NCBI GenBank assembly: GCA_024408435.1
Contig: JAKSVA010000001.1
Location: forward strand, 1 to 56,798
Length of the DNA stretch: 56,798 nt
Reading direction: 5' to 3'
From: Bacilli bacterium
GTDB taxonomy: Bacteria; Bacillota_I; Bacilli_A; RFN20; CAG-826
Part shown: piece after piece, positions 54,514 through 56,798 of the stretch
Position numbering within the stretch: position 1 is the first letter of the stretch
How the letters are laid out: the number at the start of each line of letters is the position of its first letter
Program-made: the position numbers and the translations under genes
The notes under the pieces: generated by a model
The model's input: only the letters and a program-made list of their open reading frames with translations
What the model was told of the DNA's origin: nothing
Databases searched by the model: none

Positions 54514-54751
54514 ACTATTTTATCCTTTAGCAGTAAACTGCTTTTTCTAAATCAATTTTTATTTTACCATATGTTTCAGCAGTGCTTTTAGTAAAATCAA
54601 GAATACAAGAATAATGCAAGAGTAACTTGCTTTGACCATTAATAAATGCTTTTTTTACTAACATATTTTTTCTTGAAAATATATTTCTTAAATAATTTAT
54701 TAACAAATTATTTCATCATTAATTTATAATATCTTTAATTGGAATATATTT

Positions 54752-56161
54752 ATGGAAAGACAGACAAAAATTATCTGCACGATTGGGCCAAGTGTCGACA
54801 CCGTATCGAAAATTACCAAACTAGTTAAAAAAGGAATGAACTGCGCTCGTCTTAATTTTTCTCATGGAACGCATGAATCGCATTTAGAAACAATTAATCG
54901 AATAAAACAAGTAAGAAAAGCTCACCATATTTCTCTTCCTATTTTATTAGACACGAAAGGACCTGAAATTCGTTTAATCGATTTTGCCGATGGATTTACT
55001 GTATTAAAAAACGGACAAAAATTTATTTTAGATAATATTGATAAACCAGGAGATAATTCTCGCGTCTCAATTACATTTAAAGATTTATATAAATATGTAA
55101 AACCAGGGAATAAGATTGTAATCGATGATGGCAAAGTATCCTTAAAAGTAACATCAACGGAAAAAGGCAAAATCCACACAATTGTTATTCACGGAAATAA
55201 AATCTCTAATCATAAATCTGTGAATGTACCTAATATTCCTATTGGTATGGATTTTATGTCTAAAAAAGATAAAGATGACTTATTATTTGGAATTCAGAAC
55301 AATGTCGATTTTGTTGCCGCCAGTTTTACTAGAAGTAAACAAGACATATCTGAAATGAGGAAATTCTTAGATGATAATGGCGGATCAAAAATTGAAATTA
55401 TTGCCAAGATTGAAAATCATGAGGGTGTTAAAAACTTTAGAGATATCTTAACTGTCGCAGATGGACTAATGGTTGCACGCGGTGATTTAGGCGTAGAGAT
55501 TCCCTTTAAAGATATTCCAGCCGTTCAAAAAAGAATGGTCGGTTATTGCAATAAGCATGGCAAAATAGCTATCATCGCTACTCAAATGCTTGAATCAATG
55601 ATTAATAGTCCTCGCCCAACTAGAGCTGAAGTAAGTGACGTTGCTAACGCAATCTTTGATGGTGCAAGTGCGGTTATGCTCTCTGGAGAAACCGCATCGG
55701 GAAATTATCCTTATGAAGCAGTTAAAACAATGTCAGATATTTCAAAAAGCGCATTTAAATCTTCATACAATAAAAAGACTGATATTGATTTAAGCGAGAA
55801 AGCCGATGTTACTCAAGGAATATGTAAAGCCGCTATTATATGTTGCAATATGATTAACGCTATCGGTATTGTGGTGTGTACAAATTCCGGAAGAACCGCT
55901 AAGTATATATCAATGTTTAGACCGGATTTGCCTGTTTATTGTTTAGTAGCAGACGAGAAAGGCTTCCATCAATTAGGGTTATATTATGGTACATTAGCAA
56001 TTAAGGTTGATAGAAAGAATTCTCCCGATGAAATAGTTGAAATGGCCAGAAATATGATTAGTAAATATGGAGAAAAGGCAAAGGGAAAAAAGATTATCCT
56101 TATCACTGGTAATCATTTCTCCTATGGAAAAACTGACACTATTCAAATTTACGATATTTAG
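54752..56161 (+). CDS. pyk: Pyruvate kinase
   Basis: KIICTIGPS, MNCARLNFSHG, LLDTKGPEIR, MVARGDLGVEIP, ATQMLESM. Confidence 0.96.
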   Translation: MERQTKIICTIGPSVDTVSKITKLVKKGMNCARLNFSHGTHESHLETINRIKQVRKAHHISLPILLDTKGPEIRLIDFADGFTVLKNGQKFILDNIDKPGDNSRVSITFKDLYKYVKPGNKIVIDDGKVSLKVTSTEKGKIHTIVIHGNKISNHKSVNVPNIPIGMDFMSKKDKDDLLFGIQNNVDFVAASFTRSKQDISEMRKFLDDNGGSKIEIIAKIENHEGVKNFRDILTVADGLMVARGDLGVEIPFKDIPAVQKRMVGYCNKHGKIAIIATQMLESMINSPRPTRAEVSDVANAIFDGASAVMLSGETASGNYPYEAVKTMSDISKSAFKSSYNKKTDIDLSEKADVTQGICKAAIICCNMINAIGIVVCTNSGRTAKYISMFRPDLPVYCLVADEKGFHQLGLYYGTLAIKVDRKNSPDEIVEMARNMISKYGEKAKGKKIILITGNHFSYGKTDTIQIYDI

Positions 56162-56798
56162 TGTTTCTTTAAAGTTAAGTTAACTATAGTCTCAATATGA
56201 TAAGTCATTGGAAACATATCAAATGGTTGAACAACATCAACCATATATTTATCTTTTAGATAATTAATATCTCTCGCAAGTGTATTAGGGTCACACGACA
56301 CATAAATAATATTAATAGGTTTTAAGCGTTTAATCGCATTTAAAAATTCTCGTGTACTTCCTTTTCTAGGCGGATCCATCACTAAGACATCAATATGATT
56401 TAATTCATTAACATAACGTGATGCATCATCACAAATAAACTTCACGTTATTAATCTTGTTTTCTTTTGCGTTTCTAATTGCATCTTTAACAGCACTTTTT
56501 TCAATTTCCACGCTAATAACTTCTTTTACTTTACTTGCTAAAGACATCCCGATTGTCCCTACTCCACTATAAGCATCTAATAGCGTATCAGTCTTCTTTA
56601 GATTTAAATTATCTTTAATATAGGTATATAGTTTCTCAGTTTGAATCGGATTGATTTGAAAGAATGATTTAGATGAGATATGAAATTTAATCTCGCACAA
56701 AGAATCAACAATAAAACCTTTGCCAAATAAGATTCTTTCTTGCTCGCCTAAGATAACATTAGTGTCTCGTTTATTAATATTTTGCACAATCGTAGTAA
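56158..56798 (-). CDS. RNA (uracil-C5)-methyltransferase, RumA/TrmA family (C-terminal part; the N-terminus lies beyond the window end)
   Basis: FFQINP, the SAM motif DAYSGVGTIG, VLVMDPPRKG and YVSCDPNTLARD. The reading frame is still open at position 56798. Confidence 0.85.
   Translation of the reverse strand, partial: TTIVQNINKRDTNVILGEQERILFGKGFIVDSLCEIKFHISSKSFFQINPIQTEKLYTYIKDNLNLKKTDTLLDAYSGVGTIGMSLASKVKEVISVEIEKSAVKDAIRNAKENKINNVKFICDDASRYVNELNHIDVLVMDPPRKGSTREFLNAIKRLKPINIIYVSCDPNTLARDINYLKDKYMVDVVQPFDMFPMTYHIETIVNLTLKKH

Noticed and set aside
54530-54552. Small hairpin AGCAG-TAAA-CTGCT followed by TTTTTCT in the adh/pyk intergenic region
   Set aside because: The stem is only 5 bp in AT-rich DNA, and no upstream plus-strand gene needs terminating there. 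It is too weak to call.

Overview
The window comes from a low-GC Gram-positive or Mollicutes-related genome. TGA is clearly used as a stop codon, so this is not translation code 4. I recognised no rRNA, tRNA, CRISPR array, integrase or transposase.

Layout:
(1) 1-3.7 kb holds a BspA-type LRR lipoprotein, MgtE and a membrane protein.
(2) 3.7-18.9 kb holds a complete, uninterrupted S10-spc-alpha ribosomal protein supercluster on the minus strand (rpsJ through rplQ, including secY, adk, map, infA, rpmJ and rpoA). There is no L30 gene, and many r-proteins carry Lys/Ala/Glu-rich tails.
(3) 19.4-47.3 kb is a visibly more AT-rich accessory mosaic in which defence-type gene blocks alternate with glycan-biosynthesis blocks:
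- a COG1373-type ATPase plus a predicted PD-(D/E)xK protein;
- a five-gene minus-strand operon: HNH effector, middle component and DUF2326 ABC ATPase (ABC-3C type), followed by a minimal nucleotidyltransferase and an Abi_2/HEPN protein;
- a glycan block with GT2 enzymes, a Wzm/Wzt ABC exporter and a pyruvyl transferase fusion;
- a TM protein, a DGQHR (DndB-like) protein and an ABC-like ATPase with a Toprim/DUF4435 protein;
- an AbiEi-like protein and a second Abi_2/HEPN protein;
- a second glycan block with a TPP enzyme, a pyruvyl transferase, the priming sugar transferase and a Wzy/ligase-like protein.
(4) 47.3-56.8 kb is core metabolism: fruK-ptsH-ptsI, a HAD hydrolase, a MIP channel, a SASA esterase, an Fe-ADH, pyruvate kinase and a partial RumA-like methyltransferase.

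Most notable points:
- the composite ABC-3C + MNT + HEPN operon, whose ATPase start is broken at an A6 tract;
- the DGQHR + OLD/PARIS-like ATPase-Toprim cluster, with the Toprim split by a frame change;
- a family of imperfect-hairpin repeats at all three glycan/defence junctions;
- a ~70-bp direct duplication of the sugar-transferase 5' end bracketing a 3-kb two-gene cassette;
- a 63-nt inverted coding match between a 46-aa ORF at 19.5 kb and the 3' end of the AbiEi-like gene at 40.2 kb.

All family assignments come from motif reading of the translations. No database search was run.
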